DNA of 64,000 nucleotides from an uncultured delta proteobacterium. Its GTDB lineage: Bacteria > Desulfobacterota > RBG-13-43-22. Positions 63,332-64,000 of this stretch are shown in pieces. The stretch is taken from contig CAWBOS010000006.1 in assembly GCA_963790475.1 (NCBI GenBank), positions 796,663 through 860,662 on the forward strand, read 5' to 3'. The notes beneath the pieces were generated by a model. That model did no database searches. It saw only the letters and a program-made list of their open reading frames with translations, and had not been told where the DNA came from. The stretch's first letter is position 1; each line of letters starts with the position of its first letter. The position numbers were made by a program, and so were the translations under genes.

Positions 63332-64000
63332 ATGCCTGCCCACCGTTCTCGGCCCATGCCTAAAAAACGCTTAAGCTTCCCGACGAGGCTCTTCCTTTTA
63401 TCGATAACCCTACTGGTGGTCACCTTTTTACTGATGGGATTTTTCTATATAACCTTGTTGTTCCAGTTACCGAACATTAAAACTTTAGAAGATTACAACC
63501 CCCCTTTGGCCACTCAGATTCTGTCCGACGACGGAACTCCCATCGGGTACCTTTATAAAGAAAAAAGGATCCTGGTCCCCCTTTCCGAATTACCTCCCCA
63601 CTTAATTCAGGCCTTTGTGGCCTCGGAAGATGCCCGTTTTTTTAAACATCGGGGATTGGATTTTTTAGGCATCATAAGGGCCCTTTGGAAAAACATTTGG
63701 GCCGGTGAAATCGTTCAAGGCGGGAGTACCATTACCCAACAGGTGACCAAATCCCTCCTTCTCTCTCCGGAAAAGAGCCTTTCCAGAAAGATCAAAGAGG
63801 CCGTCCTGGCCTATCGGTTGGATCAAAATTTGTCCAAGAACGAGATCCTGTATATCTATCTTAATCAGATTTACCTCGGGTACGGGGCTTACGGTATCGA
63901 AGCAGCGGCCCAGACCTATTTCGGGAAAAAGTCCCATGATCTTACTTTAAGCGAAAGTGCCCTTCTGGCCGGCCTCCCCCAAGCGCCCAGCCGATATTCA
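63332..64000 (+). CDS. mrcA: Penicillin-binding protein 1A, partial (runs off window; start 63332 or 63356)
   Basis: TM anchor; transglycosylase motifs EDARFFKH.G, GGSTITQQ, RKIKEA, YLNQIYLG. Confidence 0.9.
   Translation, partial: MPAHRSRPMPKKRLSFPTRLFLLSITLLVVTFLLMGFFYITLLFQLPNIKTLEDYNPPLATQILSDDGTPIGYLYKEKRILVPLSELPPHLIQAFVASEDARFFKHRGLDFLGIIRALWKNIWAGEIVQGGSTITQQVTKSLLLSPEKSLSRKIKEAVLAYRLDQNLSKNEILYIYLNQIYLGYGAYGIEAAAQTYFGKKSHDLTLSESALLAGLPQAPSRYS

Overview
Chromosomal window from an anaerobic Desulfobacterota/deltaproteobacterial-type genome (inferred from gene content). 1-5.1 kb: metabolic and c-di-GMP genes. 5.1-12.55 kb: an accessory region that looks like an integron cassette platform with no integrase in the window. 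It has two copies of a ~130 bp attI-like sequence whose homology stops exactly at the GTT crossover triplet, one clean and several decayed attC sites, and cassettes for a methyltransferase, TsaA, a toxin-antitoxin pair and an Mrr-nuclease/STAND-NTPase. It also holds a Y1/RAYT transposase flanked by 23 bp inverted repeats, interleaved with three copies of a zincin gene and two orphan higA copies. 12.6-33.3 kb: BMP-type ABC transporter, tandem thiolases, a FadB-like gene, hypAB, a ~1560 aa repeat surface protein behind a sigma54 promoter and c-di-GMP-I riboswitch, a radical SAM gene, a UGA-containing C-GCAxxG-C-C selenoprotein missed by the ORF track, and a ubiG-like gene. 33.4-38.6 kb: TA/defence-like island (MerR-HicB fusion, HicA, decayed AAA ATPase, ERCC4 nuclease, SEC-C protein, AbrB/RelE pair). 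38.7-44.5 kb: minus-strand rRNA operon (16S, Ile, Ala, 23S, 5S) with a ~160 nt helix-45 intervening sequence and a duplicated tRNA-Ala half. 44.5-64 kb: housekeeping genes (tyrS, ymdB, rny, zapAB, holA, rpoZ, moaC, dksA, comM-like, PBP1A) and a Wzm/Wzt glycan locus; 44.5-56.7 kb carries many frameshifts that are probably sequencing or assembly errors. All family assignments are by eye; no searches were run.
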